Positions 42,596 to 53,259 of a stretch of DNA of 64,000 nt are shown here, one piece after another (position 1 is the stretch's first letter; every line of letters starts with the position of its first letter). This DNA comes from Pirellulales bacterium (GTDB taxonomy: Bacteria; Planctomycetota; Planctomycetia; Pirellulales; JACPPG01), in the NCBI GenBank assembly GCA_036490175.1, contig DASXEJ010000303.1, positions 2,511 to 66,510 on the forward strand, given 5' to 3'. The notes beneath the pieces were generated by a model. That model worked only from the letters and a program-made list of their open reading frames with translations, made no database searches and was not told the DNA's origin. The position numbers were made by a program, and so were the translations under genes.

Positions 42596-43966
42596 CTACT
42601 CGTGAGAGGCCGTCGTCGAGTCGATTTCCTTGGCAGAATCCCCTGACCCTTCTTCGCTGCGCCGTAGGTAGAGCTTGATGGGGACTTCGCCGAATGGAAG
42701 GTGGTCACGGAACACCCCCAACAAATAGCGGCGATAATCCGTTTTGAAGAGTCGCGGTTCGTTGCAGAACAGCACGATAGTTGGCGGCTGAATGCCCACT
42801 TGCGTGCCGTAATAGATCTTCGGCCGACGATTGGACGACAGCGGCGGCGGATTCCCATCCAGGGCTGCTCGCACAAGCTTGTTCAAATCGGCCGTCGACA
42901 CACGATCCTGCGATTGCTTGAAGAGCATCTGGCCGTGGTTCAACAGCGCTTTGACGTTTTTGCCGGTCTGACCCGTAATAAAGGCGATGGGCACGTGCCA
43001 CATCGAGCGGAAAGTGTCGCGCAGGTATTTGACCCACTTCTCCGTCGGCATCGAATCGGCCAGCAAGTCCCACTTATTGACGACAAAGACACAAGGCTTG
43101 TATTGCTCGCTAATGTAGTCGCCCAACTGCTTGTCAACCTTGCTGATGGGCTGCGACGCATCGAAGAATAGCAATACGACGTCCGCGCGGCGGATGCTGC
43201 GCTGTGCGCGATGTAAGCTGTAAAAGTCGATGTCGGTCGTAATGCTCTTGCGACGCCGCAACCCCGGCGTATCGATGGCCATGAAGGCCTTGCCGTCGAG
43301 CTCGAAGCGCACATCGACGCTGTCTCGCGTGGTGCCGGGCACTTCGCTGGTAATCATTCGTTCGGCCTTGGCCAAACTATTAACAAAAGTGCTTTTGCCC
43401 GTATTGCGGCGGCCGACGATCGCCACCTTCATCGTGGCTTCGGCAGGAGCAGGGGATAGGCCGTCGTCCGGTGGCAGCCGCTCGATGATTAAATCGAGTA
43501 ACTCTTGCCGACCGCGGTTTTCCTTGGCGCTGACGCGCACGATCTTGCCGCGCCCCAGCTTATAGAATTCATCGGCTTGGATGTCCATGCTCGGCGCGTC
43601 GGCCTTGTTCGCCACACAGAGGATCGGCACGTCGATGTATCGCAGCCGCTTCGAGACCTCTTGATCCAGCGGCACGACCCCACTGCGCGTATCGACCACG
43701 AATAGCACGACGCTTGCAGACTCCAACGCGATCGTGATTTGCTGCTCAATGTCCGCCGTGAGGTTATCGACGTCTTCGACGCCAATACCGCCGGTATCGA
43801 CCAGTTCGAAGTAGCGGTCATCGACACACATCAGGTGTGTGAGGCGGTCCCGCGTGACGCCTGCCGTGCCGTCGACAATGGCCAGTCGCTTGCCAACGAT
43901 CCAATTGAAAAGGCTCGACTTGCCTACGTTCGGCCGGCCGACAATGACAACCTGCGGGATACCCAT
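42596..43966 (-). CDS. der: Ribosome-biogenesis GTPase Der (EngA)
   Basis: Two GTPase domains: 'IVGRPNVGKSSLFN...DTGG...NKAD' and 'IVGRRNTGKSTFVN...DTPG...NKWD'. C-terminal KH-like domain. Start set at ATG 43966. Confidence 0.9.
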   Translation of the reverse strand: MGIPQVVIVGRPNVGKSSLFNWIVGKRLAIVDGTAGVTRDRLTHLMCVDDRYFELVDTGGIGVEDVDNLTADIEQQITIALESASVVLFVVDTRSGVVPLDQEVSKRLRYIDVPILCVANKADAPSMDIQADEFYKLGRGKIVRVSAKENRGRQELLDLIIERLPPDDGLSPAPAEATMKVAIVGRRNTGKSTFVNSLAKAERMITSEVPGTTRDSVDVRFELDGKAFMAIDTPGLRRRKSITTDIDFYSLHRAQRSIRRADVVLLFFDASQPISKVDKQLGDYISEQYKPCVFVVNKWDLLADSMPTEKWVKYLRDTFRSMWHVPIAFITGQTGKNVKALLNHGQMLFKQSQDRVSTADLNKLVRAALDGNPPPLSSNRRPKIYYGTQVGIQPPTIVLFCNEPRLFKTDYRRYLLGVFRDHLPFGEVPIKLYLRRSEEGSGDSAKEIDSTTASHE

Positions 43967-44172
43967 GACCAAATTGATACGTACGAGGTGAAATAATGCT
44001 CGGCGGTACTGGGCCAGGACCGACGGCCCGCCGCGACCGAGCACTCCATGATACCTGTTCGCCCCCTAACTGTGAGCCGGAAACTGGCGGTAGGCGTCAT
44101 TTTACGTGCTATCGCCCTACCGCTTATACTCCTGGCAGATATACGCAACGGCCGCATACTTCGGAGGCACGG

Positions 44173-45000
44173 ATGTCGAAAATGTCTGACAAAGCGGGTC
44201 GCTCAACGGGGCGCGCGGTCGTCCAGACGTTGGAATCTCTGGAACGGGCTGGAATCACACATCTGCCCAAGAAACGCTCGCGCGCGGCGCGACCGGCCCC
44301 CGGGGGGCAAGAAATCTCCCCGGCGGCTGTGGTCCGCGCGACGGAGCCCGAGGTTACTGTCAGTCCGGCAGCCGCGGCGATCCCGACACCCCAGGTTCGG
44401 AACCTGACACGCGACGAGCGCGTGGCGCAGCTGGAAATTATTCGCGGCGAAGTCGCTGGCTGCCAGCGCTGTGGGGAGTTGGCTGCCACGCGTTGCAAAA
44501 CCGTGTTCGGTTCCGGAACTCCTCAACCACGCCTGGTATTCATGGGTGAGGCACCCGGTGCCGACGAAGACCGCCAAGGTGAGCCGTTCGTCGGCCGTGC
44601 TGGCCAACTGCTTACCAAAATCATCGAGGCCTGTACGCTCCGTCGGGAGGATGTTTATATCCTCAACACGCTCAAATGCCGGCCCCCCGAGAACCGCACG
44701 CCGCTCCCCCAGGAGGCGGCCAACTGTCGTGAGTTTCTCGATCGGCAATTGGCCATCTTGCAGCCCGAGTACATCTGCTGCTTGGGAGCGGTAGCTGCGC
44801 AAAATCTGCTCGGCACCACGCAGACCATTGGTCGCTTACGCGGAAGTTTGCATGCGTTTCAAGGTTTCCGCGTATTGTGCACCTATCATCCGGCCTACTT
44901 GCTGCGCAATCCGGCTGCCAAGAAAGACTGCTGGCAAGATATGCAGTTGCTATTGCGCGAGATGGGTATCCCACTGCCAAGTGCGGGCAGCCAATCCTGA
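44173..45000 (+). CDS. Uracil-DNA glycosylase, family 4
   Basis: '[19 protein letters not shown]' (Fe-S Cys), '[26 protein letters not shown]', '[12 protein letters not shown]' and '[12 protein letters not shown]'. ATG 44173 preceded by GGAGG. Confidence 0.85.
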   Translation: MSKMSDKAGRSTGRAVVQTLESLERAGITHLPKKRSRAARPAPGGQEISPAAVVRATEPEVTVSPAAAAIPTPQVRNLTRDERVAQLEIIRGEVAGCQRCGELAATRCKTVFGSGTPQPRLVFMGEAPGADEDRQGEPFVGRAGQLLTKIIEACTLRREDVYILNTLKCRPPENRTPLPQEAANCREFLDRQLAILQPEYICCLGAVAAQNLLGTTQTIGRLRGSLHAFQGFRVLCTYHPAYLLRNPAAKKDCWQDMQLLLREMGIPLPSAGSQS

Positions 45001-45084
45001 AATGGATTCCAGGCAGCTGACCTATTGCGCTACGCGGATATCGGTCGGCGCGCAAGTCAGCGCCTTACTGCGTAGGCTGCCGAG

Positions 45085-46626
45085 TCAGGTTTCCGCGGTG
45101 GCAACCGGGGGTACGAGGCGAAACAGCACGTCGCGCACGGCCTTCAGCTTCACAGGCAAAGGAACGACCACGCGATGATCGGCCAGGTGCGGCTGAATCC
45201 GCGCGTGCCATTCCGGGTGTTTCTCATCGAGCAGAATCACCGTCGGAACTTTTCCGGTCTGTTCCCCCGAGGCGAGATCCACGAATGCGTCGACAACCGC
45301 GTCTTTTAACTCGCCGCTGGAAAGTATGACCCCGTCGATGGGATGCTGCGTATCCTCGCAGCGCGCTAGAGCCCGCTTGGCATCGCTGATCACTAGCACT
45401 CGGTAGCCATAGCGTTTCAGTGCGTCACGGAACGTATCCTGCACTTGCGAATTCGACTCGACCACCAACAAGGCGCGCCGTTGGCTGTCTGGTAAATACT
45501 GCGCGACTTCGCGCTGTTTCTTCATTTGATCGGCGGGCGAAAGCTGTTGCATGCTGGCCGCGGTGATGTCCTCGGTGCCCAGGCAAGCTTCGTCTTCGCC
45601 AGCGGCCATGCGGTCCCCGGCCATCCGCAGGTCCATGTGCATTTGGCCGGGAGTTTGAAAGCGCTTGTCGGCTTCCAGACTCATGGCCTTGTTGACCACC
45701 GCCGCGACCACCCGCGGCACCCCGGGGCAGGCCAGATGGATTGGTTCAACGCCGGTATAGCGCGACTTTGATAACCGCTGAATGCGATCGCGCGTTTCGA
45801 CCAGCGGAGCCTTGCCGCTCAGCATGTGGTAGAAAATGCAGCCGATAAAGTAGATATCGCTACGGGCGTCATCCTTGCGTACGCCCGTCGCCCGTTCCAA
45901 TCCGGCATAGTCGATCGTGCGAGCATTTAAAGTTTCTGCAGTGATCGACTCGTCGGCAATCCTCTCATCAGCGCCGGCCAGTCCGAAATCGACTAGCTTG
46001 GCCTGACCACGGCTGGAGAGCAGTACGTTAGTCAGCTTCAGATCCCGATGGGAGATGCCACGCTGATAGGCATAGTCGAGGCCTGCCGCTATATCGGTGG
46101 CGATTTTGGTGGCCTCGGTCGGCGAGAATTTCTTACGCACCTTCATGAAATCGCGGAGGTTTCCCCCTTCGACGAACTCCATGACGAGATAGTGCAAGTT
46201 GCCCTTCGATACCGCCTCGAAGATGGGAACGATGTTGGGGTGTCGCAACGAAACCCCCATCAATCCCTCGCGGTAGAATTGATCGGTCTGCGCCGGATCC
46301 TCGCAGTAGCGACGGCGGAGAACCTTCAGGGCGACGACCTTCCCGGAATCTTTGTGAACGGCCCGGTAGACCCTCGCAAAGCTGCCGCCGGCTACCAGAT
46401 ACAGGACCTTGTAGTCTCCATAGAAATAGCCGCCGCGTTCGCCGCGTAGCAGACGCTCTAGTTGAAAATTGGTCAGCAGTTCGCGACGCAGCAGCAATTG
46501 AACGAACTCGTCGACCGTTACATTGCGTCGACCGAACTCGCCCCAGATCTCCTGTAACTGGCGATCCGTAAGAAGGTTGAGGTCGAACGCGCGCTGAGCG
46601 ATCGATTCAGCGGTCTGTTCGGCCAT
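45085..46626 (-). CDS. Ser/Thr protein kinase with C-terminal receiver-like domain
   Basis: Kinase motifs 'GGSFARVYRAV', 'VALKVL', 'HRDLKLTNVLL', 'LVDFGLA' and 'YAGLERA'. The C-terminal ~125 aa are CheY-like ('LLVVESN...'). Confidence 0.85.
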   Translation of the reverse strand: MAEQTAESIAQRAFDLNLLTDRQLQEIWGEFGRRNVTVDEFVQLLLRRELLTNFQLERLLRGERGGYFYGDYKVLYLVAGGSFARVYRAVHKDSGKVVALKVLRRRYCEDPAQTDQFYREGLMGVSLRHPNIVPIFEAVSKGNLHYLVMEFVEGGNLRDFMKVRKKFSPTEATKIATDIAAGLDYAYQRGISHRDLKLTNVLLSSRGQAKLVDFGLAGADERIADESITAETLNARTIDYAGLERATGVRKDDARSDIYFIGCIFYHMLSGKAPLVETRDRIQRLSKSRYTGVEPIHLACPGVPRVVAAVVNKAMSLEADKRFQTPGQMHMDLRMAGDRMAAGEDEACLGTEDITAASMQQLSPADQMKKQREVAQYLPDSQRRALLVVESNSQVQDTFRDALKRYGYRVLVISDAKRALARCEDTQHPIDGVILSSGELKDAVVDAFVDLASGEQTGKVPTVILLDEKHPEWHARIQPHLADHRVVVPLPVKLKAVRDVLFRLVPPVATAET

Positions 46627-46950
46627 GGTGCTATCGACTCCCTGTTCCCGTGGCGCGCAACGGCACCAATGCAACTTCGTCGCCCGGAGCCCGCGCTGGC
46701 GGGAATACGCGCGTTGACCTCAATCGTACGCTGACTGCGAAATGCTCGCAACGACCGTAGGACGAAGTGTCGGTCCGCGCCAAAAAAGAAGCACCCGGTT
46801 GGGTGGCTGGGTCGAACAACGCGCGCCGTCAGTCCTTTGCCACTTTCTAGACGGCGGCCCGGGGAGTATACGAGGCCGCACCAACCCTCGGGCGTCCACC
46901 GCCTTTGAATTAGTTCGGCACTGGAGTATCCGGCAGATTTGCTGAGGGCG

Positions 46951-47000
46951 CAAGAAAAGAAGCACTCGGGCCCGTGGGAGAAATGAGACCCGAGTGCTTC
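46951..47000 (-). terminator. Rho-independent terminator downstream of the small coiled-coil gene
   Basis: Perfect 12-bp stem GAAGCACTCGGG (46959-46970) / CCCGAGTGCTTC (46989-47000). On the minus strand it is followed by TTTTCTT. Confidence 0.65.
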
Positions 47001-47052
47001 AGTCGCGGAATGGCAGATTTAGCGGATCAGGGGGCGGGGGGTAGCGAAATGG

Positions 47053-47334
47053 TCAGGATTGTTCCAACCGGCTGCGGTAGTCGTCACGCTCGCGGCGGGT
47101 GGCTTCCAAGTCGAACATCAGATACTTCATGTCGAGCCGCAATTGGCCCAACGCATCTTGAACCATGCCGAGGATTCGCCGGCGACGTTGCGTGCTTTCG
47201 ACAACGCGTGACAGGGCAGGCGCCAACATTTCTCGAACCTCGGGCGAAAGGGACTCGATATGGCTACGAAGCAAAACCAGGTCTTGCGGGAGACCCGACG
47301 ATTCGGCGGACGTGTCGTGGGAAACTTGGCTCAT
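47053..47334 (-). CDS. Small coiled-coil protein (93 aa), unknown function
   Basis: C-terminal part of the 233-aa track ORF, from ATG 47334 (MSQVSHDTSAE...). Heptad-like 'LGQLRLDMKYLMFDLEATRRERDDYRSRLEQ'. Followed by a strong terminator. The upstream 140 codons look non-coding. Confidence 0.5.
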   Translation of the reverse strand: MSQVSHDTSAESSGLPQDLVLLRSHIESLSPEVREMLAPALSRVVESTQRRRRILGMVQDALGQLRLDMKYLMFDLEATRRERDDYRSRLEQS

Positions 47335-47635
47335 GGTGTCGGCCCTTGTAGCGTTGTCAGGATGCTGAGTTGGTCTTAAAGCACCGGGCGTGCCAGAGCA
47401 TGGTGCCGATCCAAGGTCAGCGCGTAACTCCTTGTGACGAAAGAATTTCAGGGATCCGGTGCGTTTTCGTCCGTCGAGCAGATGTTGACGAAAGGCATCG
47501 AAGTGATCTGGAGGCAGTTCGCAAACCCTGATAGAAACGGGGTTTAAGGAAAATTCCCGGAATACGTCGCCGTGTCGCTTTTCCGCCATGCGGCGGGCCG
47601 TAAATCGGGAAATGTTTGGGCCGACGGATCGCCCG

Positions 47636-50425
47636 ATGAGTTCTTCGCACCGTTCCCTACTCGGGAAAGCCCTGTTGTGGGCGTCCCTCGTGGCGTCGAG
47701 CGTGGAGGTGCGCGCCCAGGTCGTCGTGCGGCAAGATTTTGATGGTCCAGACACGACCTGGCGCGACGGGCGGGGTAGCCCCAGTTATCGCACCCTGGAT
47801 CATAGACGCACGAGCGAGGGCGCGCGGACCGGAGCGGGCTGCGAATTCTTTGCCTTTGCGTCCGGTGGCAAAGGCACCTTCGTCTACCTAATTCACGACC
47901 TGGCGCCGGCACGAATTATCGACGAGTTGAAACCTAGCCTGTGGGTGCGATCCGACCAGCAGGGAATTCAGCTATTGGCCCGTGTGGTTTTCCCGCGCAG
48001 CATCAACCCCGAGACCAAACAACCCGACTCGACGCTCATTGCCGGCACAAGCTACGCCCGCGTTGGCTCCTGGGAACAACTGCGGATTGAAGACGTGCCA
48101 AAACTCATGGCAGGTCAGGCCCGTGTCTTGCGCGCCGAATTCAAACGCGAAGTTGACAGTCGCGAGGCGTTTATCGATCGGCTGGTGTTAAATATCTACA
48201 CCGCTCCGGGCCAAACACGCCTATGGATCGACGACCTCGAAGTGGCCGGATTCGTAGGCGAGGCGGCAATGCCCGCGGGCACAGGGCCTCTCCCCTCGGC
48301 GGTGTCGCATCAGCCGGGATCACGCGCCGAGCCCGTTCCGGCTGGCCCGACGGCGCCTCGTCGCCAGGGACCGCAACTCAAAAATGACATGCTTCTGGTC
48401 GGAGAGCGGCCATTTTTCCCACGTGCTATCGAGTATCAAGGGGAGCCATTCACGGTCCTTAAAGATCGTGGATTCAATACGGTTCGACTTCGCGCGCTTC
48501 CGTCCGATGCACTGTTGGCGGAAGCGAACAAAACTGGCCTGTGGCTGATCTGCCCGCCCCCCTTGCCCGCCGGGCTCGATCGCCCTGTCGTCGACGCCGC
48601 CCCTTTGGCTGGCATCACTGCGGAATTCGATTGCGTGCTGGCTTGGGACCTAGGCGAAGGGCTCACGGGCCGAGAACTGGCCGCGGTGAAACGTTGGGCC
48701 GAGCAAGTACGCCGCGCCGACCAGCTTGCGCGCCCGATCATTTGCGGCGCGAGCGCCGACTTGCGCGAATATAGTGCACCCGGCCGTGCCGATATTCTGG
48801 TGCTCGATCGCTTTACTCCGTCTACCAGCTTCGAGTTGAACGACTATCGCCGATGGCTGCACGAAAGACCGCGGTTCGCGCGGTACGGCACGCCCATCTG
48901 GAGCACAGTACCCACCGAGCCCGCCGCGACCCTGGTCAGTCAGCTGGTCGGATTCTCCGCGGGTCGTCCCGTAAATCTGTTGGCGGGGACAGAGCAGACG
49001 AGGTTGGTGGCCTACACGGCGCTTGGCGCCGGAGCCCGAGGGCTGATTTTTGCGTCGCACGCTCCGTTGACCGGCCAGGACGTCGACACGCGCTGGCGCG
49101 CCTCGCAACTGGAACTGTTGAATCTCGAGTTGGAATTGATCGAGCCTTGGATCGCTGCCGGCACATTGGTCACAACGGTGTCTAGCACGGACAACGAGGT
49201 GCAGGCCGCAGTGCTGCAGACCAACGGTGCGCATTTGGTACTGCCGGTCTGGTCCGGCAAGGGCGCACAATTCGTCCCCGGGCATGCAACGGCCACCGGT
49301 GAGTTGTCCTTCCGTGTGCCTGGTGTGCCAGAGACGATGAAGGCCTACGAAATCTGGCCCGGCGGCATGCGGCTGATTAGGACACTGCGGGTAACGGGCG
49401 GAGTTAATGTCACGATCGACAACTTTGGTTTAACCTCGATGGTCCTGATCACCCAGGATTTGCAGGGAGAGGTGATGAAACGCGCGTCCCAGGCGCGCGA
49501 TCACGCGGCGAAACTGCTGATCGAGATGGCGACGGTTAAGTTGCAAATCGACACTGATGTTCGCGGGCAGCTTTCCAACCGCGGCAAAGCAAAGACACTG
49601 GCGCCGCGCGATCAATTGCTGCAGACCGCTCGAACAGAATTGCAGTCCGCCGAAACATCGTTAGGCCGCGGCAATGTGACTGACGCCTTTCGATTTGCCC
49701 AGCTGTCCCTACGCAATTTGCGCGCGATGGAAAGGGACTATTGGCTAGCGGCCACGGCGAAGTTGGGTTCGCCAGTAAGTAATCCGTACGCCGTTGCGTT
49801 TGCGACGTTGCCTCAGCATTTCTCGCTGGTCGAGAACGTCGACGGCGCGCGTCGTATGAAGAATCTGCTGCCGGAAGGGAATTTCGAGGATCTTGGACGA
49901 GCCATCAACGCCGCCGGATGGAAGCATTATCAGCATCCGCTCGATGGCGTCCGAGAAGAGGCGGAAATCTCACAGGCAAAATTCTGCGAGGGCAAACACA
50001 GTCTGAGAATGGCCGCCAAGGCCATCGATCCCGAGGCTCCGCCCGATCAGATCGAAACGCCGCCGGGCTGGATCACCAGCCCAGTACTCACCGTCGAGCC
50101 GGGCACACTGTTGCGCTTGCACGGTCGCGTGCTCGTGCCCGCGCCCATCAAAGGAAGCCCCGACGGTCTATTGATCATCGATTCCTTGGGAGGCGAGGCG
50201 CTGGCCGAGCGGATTGTCCATGCCCCTGACTGGAAGGAATTCATCGCCTACCGCGTGGCCGACGCCTCACGCGGGCTCACCCTGACGTTCGCTTTGACGG
50301 GACTGGGAGAGGTATGGATCGACGACGTGACTATCGAACCGGTCCTACCGCGCACCGCTGCACCGGGATCGACACGACCGCCGGCCGACCCAGCGGCCAA
50401 TCGCCGCTTGCCCCTTCTTCGTTAA
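47636..50425 (+). CDS. Large exported hypothetical protein
   Basis: 929 aa from ATG 47636, with signal peptide MSSSHRSLLGKALLWASLVASSVEVRA. The segment 'PFFPRAIEYQGEPFTVLKDRGFNTVRL' is reminiscent of glycoside-hydrolase TIM barrels, but I see no catalytic motif. Confidence 0.6.
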   Translation: MSSSHRSLLGKALLWASLVASSVEVRAQVVVRQDFDGPDTTWRDGRGSPSYRTLDHRRTSEGARTGAGCEFFAFASGGKGTFVYLIHDLAPARIIDELKPSLWVRSDQQGIQLLARVVFPRSINPETKQPDSTLIAGTSYARVGSWEQLRIEDVPKLMAGQARVLRAEFKREVDSREAFIDRLVLNIYTAPGQTRLWIDDLEVAGFVGEAAMPAGTGPLPSAVSHQPGSRAEPVPAGPTAPRRQGPQLKNDMLLVGERPFFPRAIEYQGEPFTVLKDRGFNTVRLRALPSDALLAEANKTGLWLICPPPLPAGLDRPVVDAAPLAGITAEFDCVLAWDLGEGLTGRELAAVKRWAEQVRRADQLARPIICGASADLREYSAPGRADILVLDRFTPSTSFELNDYRRWLHERPRFARYGTPIWSTVPTEPAATLVSQLVGFSAGRPVNLLAGTEQTRLVAYTALGAGARGLIFASHAPLTGQDVDTRWRASQLELLNLELELIEPWIAAGTLVTTVSSTDNEVQAAVLQTNGAHLVLPVWSGKGAQFVPGHATATGELSFRVPGVPETMKAYEIWPGGMRLIRTLRVTGGVNVTIDNFGLTSMVLITQDLQGEVMKRASQARDHAAKLLIEMATVKLQIDTDVRGQLSNRGKAKTLAPRDQLLQTARTELQSAETSLGRGNVTDAFRFAQLSLRNLRAMERDYWLAATAKLGSPVSNPYAVAFATLPQHFSLVENVDGARRMKNLLPEGNFEDLGRAINAAGWKHYQHPLDGVREEAEISQAKFCEGKHSLRMAAKAIDPEAPPDQIETPPGWITSPVLTVEPGTLLRLHGRVLVPAPIKGSPDGLLIIDSLGGEALAERIVHAPDWKEFIAYRVADASRGLTLTFALTGLGEVWIDDVTIEPVLPRTAAPGSTRPPADPAANRRLPLLR

Positions 50426-50474
50426 ACTGGCGCGGTGATTCTGCCGCACACCCCTGCGAAACCACTCCGCATCG

Positions 50475-51362
50475 CTACCTGCGAGGCGATGCTACGCGCC
50501 GCGCGCTAAATGCCTCGGCAGCAACGTGCATGTCTCCTAGTGAGTTGATCCCCGACTCGATCGCGAGTTTAGACTGGCCGGTGGGATATCGATCGCTCGC
50601 GAGCCAGCCTGTCCGTTCGTGCCACATGACAAAGTCCCAGGCGCCGACGGGGACTGTTGGAATCTCGAATCGGCCGCCTTCGTCAGTGATGGCGAAGTAA
50701 GGATGCGCGAGCGGCAGCAGGAAAGCACCCATCCACGGATGGATGTTGCTCGATAGCCGCACTGGAACTGGCTCCGCCCTGCGGGCAACGTATTCGATCC
50801 TCGCACCAGGCTTCAACAGCGGATTGACGAACGGATTGTTTACCGCCTGTAAATTGATATTTGTCGTCTCGTCCATGTCATTGACAAGCTCAAGATGCCG
50901 GGCAAGCCAAAACACGCGCACGTGCGGTTCAAATCTCCCCGGTTCGGCGAGGACCTTGATCGGCGGGAGTGGTCTTGGTGGCGGAATAGGAGGTAGGCCC
51001 TTGCCGCGCAGCCAGATGACGACGTTGGCAATGCCGCCGTCAGGCCCCACGATCAGCGACTCGTCTCTCAAACCGAGCGCGATAAGCTGCGGCGAGTTGG
51101 CCGCCTCGACGACCGTGCCCGTGCCGTCGCGATTGCGATAGGACCAGGTAAACGTGAGTGGTTTTCGCTCGGGCGGAGGGCCGGTGTACAAGATGCGTCC
51201 TACCAGGCTCGCGGCTGGTACGGTCACGTCGCGTGCAATGGCCGATCCATCAACCGCGTGATCGTCTGCAGCGGACAAAGTGTGTGCCGTCGCAGCGAGA
51301 ACCAGAAACGCGACGAGCGCTCCTTCGGCAATCCGCTTCGTCATCCCCCGGTATTGGCGCAT
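50475..51362 (-). CDS. Exported protein with cupredoxin/'methylamine-utilisation'-like C-terminal region
   Basis: Signal peptide. 'SSNIHPWMGAFLLPLAHPYFAITDEGGRFEIPTVPVGAWDFVMWHE' resembles the C.iH..M.a.i.V....yfa.Td..G.f.i..vP.G.Y.l..WHE pattern of that family, from memory. Confidence 0.45.
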   Translation of the reverse strand: MRQYRGMTKRIAEGALVAFLVLAATAHTLSAADDHAVDGSAIARDVTVPAASLVGRILYTGPPPERKPLTFTWSYRNRDGTGTVVEAANSPQLIALGLRDESLIVGPDGGIANVVIWLRGKGLPPIPPPRPLPPIKVLAEPGRFEPHVRVFWLARHLELVNDMDETTNINLQAVNNPFVNPLLKPGARIEYVARRAEPVPVRLSSNIHPWMGAFLLPLAHPYFAITDEGGRFEIPTVPVGAWDFVMWHERTGWLASDRYPTGQSKLAIESGINSLGDMHVAAEAFSARRVASPRR

Positions 51363-51716
51363 GAATCGGGCTCCGCTGCTTGTCCAAACGGTGAATTTCT
51401 TCTTACCGTTACGAGCCGGCCACGTCGCTATCCTTTCATAAATATACTGACCGCAACGGACGAGGATCGACGACGCGGGGCCAATGCCTGCCGCCGTGGA
51501 CCTCGGCGTTTGGAGTGCGGACGTTTACGGCACGTTCTTCCTTCTCCGCTGCGCCATACTTGCGGGACGAGTTGTTGCAGAAGTGCAGCAAATGACCGTC
51601 CCATCCAGCTTATGGCCCGAAACATGCCTTGCTTTACCGCCCTCCCTGGCAGGGGTACAATGGAGCGAGTTGTACTTCAGGCGACATAACTCGTTGAGCC
51701 ATGAGGAGAACGGACC

Positions 51717-52406
51717 ATGCGGCATTCCTTCGGGATTCTCTCTTTGGGGATTCGTTCCCTAGGTTTGTTGGGTGTGCTGATCGTGGTCTGCGCGAGTGCC
51801 GGCGCCGCGGATATTCGCGGTGACTATCTAGAAACCCGCACCTGCGATGTATATACGGGCCCCTGCTTTGCCAACGGACAAATTGGCCTCACTGGTCAAC
51901 AGGCAATCCTGGCTTGGAGCGTGGACGAAGGTAGCTACCAAGGGATCGATTTAAAGGGGCTGAAAGTCGTGATGAGCGTGCGCGCCAAAGACACTTTGGG
52001 CTTTGGCAGCGGGCTGGTAATCCATCCTGAACCGATTCGTTCGATAATCCTGGTCGATGCCAATGCTTCGTCTGAGCAGCAGCAAGCGCTAGCTGCATTC
52101 GCGCGTGAGCGGGCCGGGGAAGTGGCGGGCGAAGTAGTGCGGATTGCGGCGGCGACGATCGACCTGTCAATCGATCACGTCGACATGGCTGCCAAGCTCA
52201 CGGCCGGTAAGGAAATCCAGGTCGAAACGCGGAAACTGGAAAAAGGGGATTGCGTCTGCTCGAACGAATCAAGGTTCTACCCACCGTTGACCGCAGTCGA
52301 CAATTCGGCCCCAGCGTATACCGTTGACGCGTCTTTTAGCGGGCGCGGACTGGGCGCACAATGGACGGCGCCGCGGACTCGGGGCGCGTACTTGGCAACG
52401 TTCTAG
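51717..52406 (+). CDS. Exported hypothetical protein (possibly DUF1326-like)
   Basis: Signal peptide, then 'DIRGDYLETRTCDVYTGPCFANGQ' with Cys spacing reminiscent of DUF1326. Weak assignment. Confidence 0.4.
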   Translation: MRHSFGILSLGIRSLGLLGVLIVVCASAGAADIRGDYLETRTCDVYTGPCFANGQIGLTGQQAILAWSVDEGSYQGIDLKGLKVVMSVRAKDTLGFGSGLVIHPEPIRSIILVDANASSEQQQALAAFARERAGEVAGEVVRIAAATIDLSIDHVDMAAKLTAGKEIQVETRKLEKGDCVCSNESRFYPPLTAVDNSAPAYTVDASFSGRGLGAQWTAPRTRGAYLATF

Positions 52407-52523
52407 GAATCGATGAAAGCGAAATGAGGAGGGATTCGCGGGCCCGCGGCAACTGGGGCGTTGTCTTTCTCATAAATTCGTCGTCTAGCATTCGTCATAC
52501 AGCATACTTTGAGAGCACCACTG

Positions 52524-53213
52524 ATGAGGCTGCGATACGCTATTGCCGTGGGACTGCTGTGCCTTTCTGTTGGGCCGGTCCTTGCCGCCGATGACTATAA
52601 AATCGCCGCCATCGACCAGGCGTCGCCTGACGAAGTATCGCCCGACTTGGCCAAATTGCTATCGCCCAAGGCACTCAAGGTGACGAACGGTAAACGTGTA
52701 TTGTGCGAAATTTGGCTCCGGCGCGCCGTACCGATCAGGGCCGACTTTGCGCCGTCGCAAACGGAACTCTACCCATTCGACGTTGGGCAGGTGGTAGGAG
52801 TGATTCGGTTTCCGCGCAAAACAAGCGACTTCCGCAATCAAGAAATTGGCGCGGGAGTCTACACGCTGCGATACGGTTTACAACCCGTCGATGGCAATCA
52901 CGTGGGAACGTCTGAGACGCGTGATTTTCTGCTTTTGTCGCCAGCCGCCGAAGATAAGGATCCAGCGAAGCTCGAAGTAGATAATCTTTACAAGCTGAGC
53001 CGTGACGCGTCGGAAACCACGCATCCCGCCATCTTGCCGATGCAAGGAGCGGTCTCGGACTTCGACGATGCTACGGCGCCGGCGATGGTCCACGATGATT
53101 CGCACGAATTGTGGAGCGTAGTGATCAAGTCTACGGTTTCGACTGGCGAGCAGGACGACCAAAAGGAAGATCGTTTGCTACAGTTTGTCGTCGCGGGACA
53201 CGCCGCCGAGTGA
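52524..53213 (+). CDS. Exported hypothetical protein
   Basis: ATG 52524. Signal peptide MRLRYAIAVGLLCLSVGPVLAA. No recognisable motif. Confidence 0.5.
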   Translation: MRLRYAIAVGLLCLSVGPVLAADDYKIAAIDQASPDEVSPDLAKLLSPKALKVTNGKRVLCEIWLRRAVPIRADFAPSQTELYPFDVGQVVGVIRFPRKTSDFRNQEIGAGVYTLRYGLQPVDGNHVGTSETRDFLLLSPAAEDKDPAKLEVDNLYKLSRDASETTHPAILPMQGAVSDFDDATAPAMVHDDSHELWSVVIKSTVSTGEQDDQKEDRLLQFVVAGHAAE

Positions 53214-53259
53214 GCACGCGGTGGAATCGCTTTGTTCTTACCCGCAACGGGTTGTAGTC

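Noticed and set aside
47335-47754. N-terminal 140 codons of the 233-aa minus-strand ORF 47053-47754, which overlaps the start of the 945-aa plus-strand gene.
   Set aside because: This part (MSGPSKSCRTTTWARTSTLDATRD...) has no gene-like character and overlaps the signal-peptide region of the opposing gene. Only the distal 93 codons, from ATG 47334, look like a real small gene.
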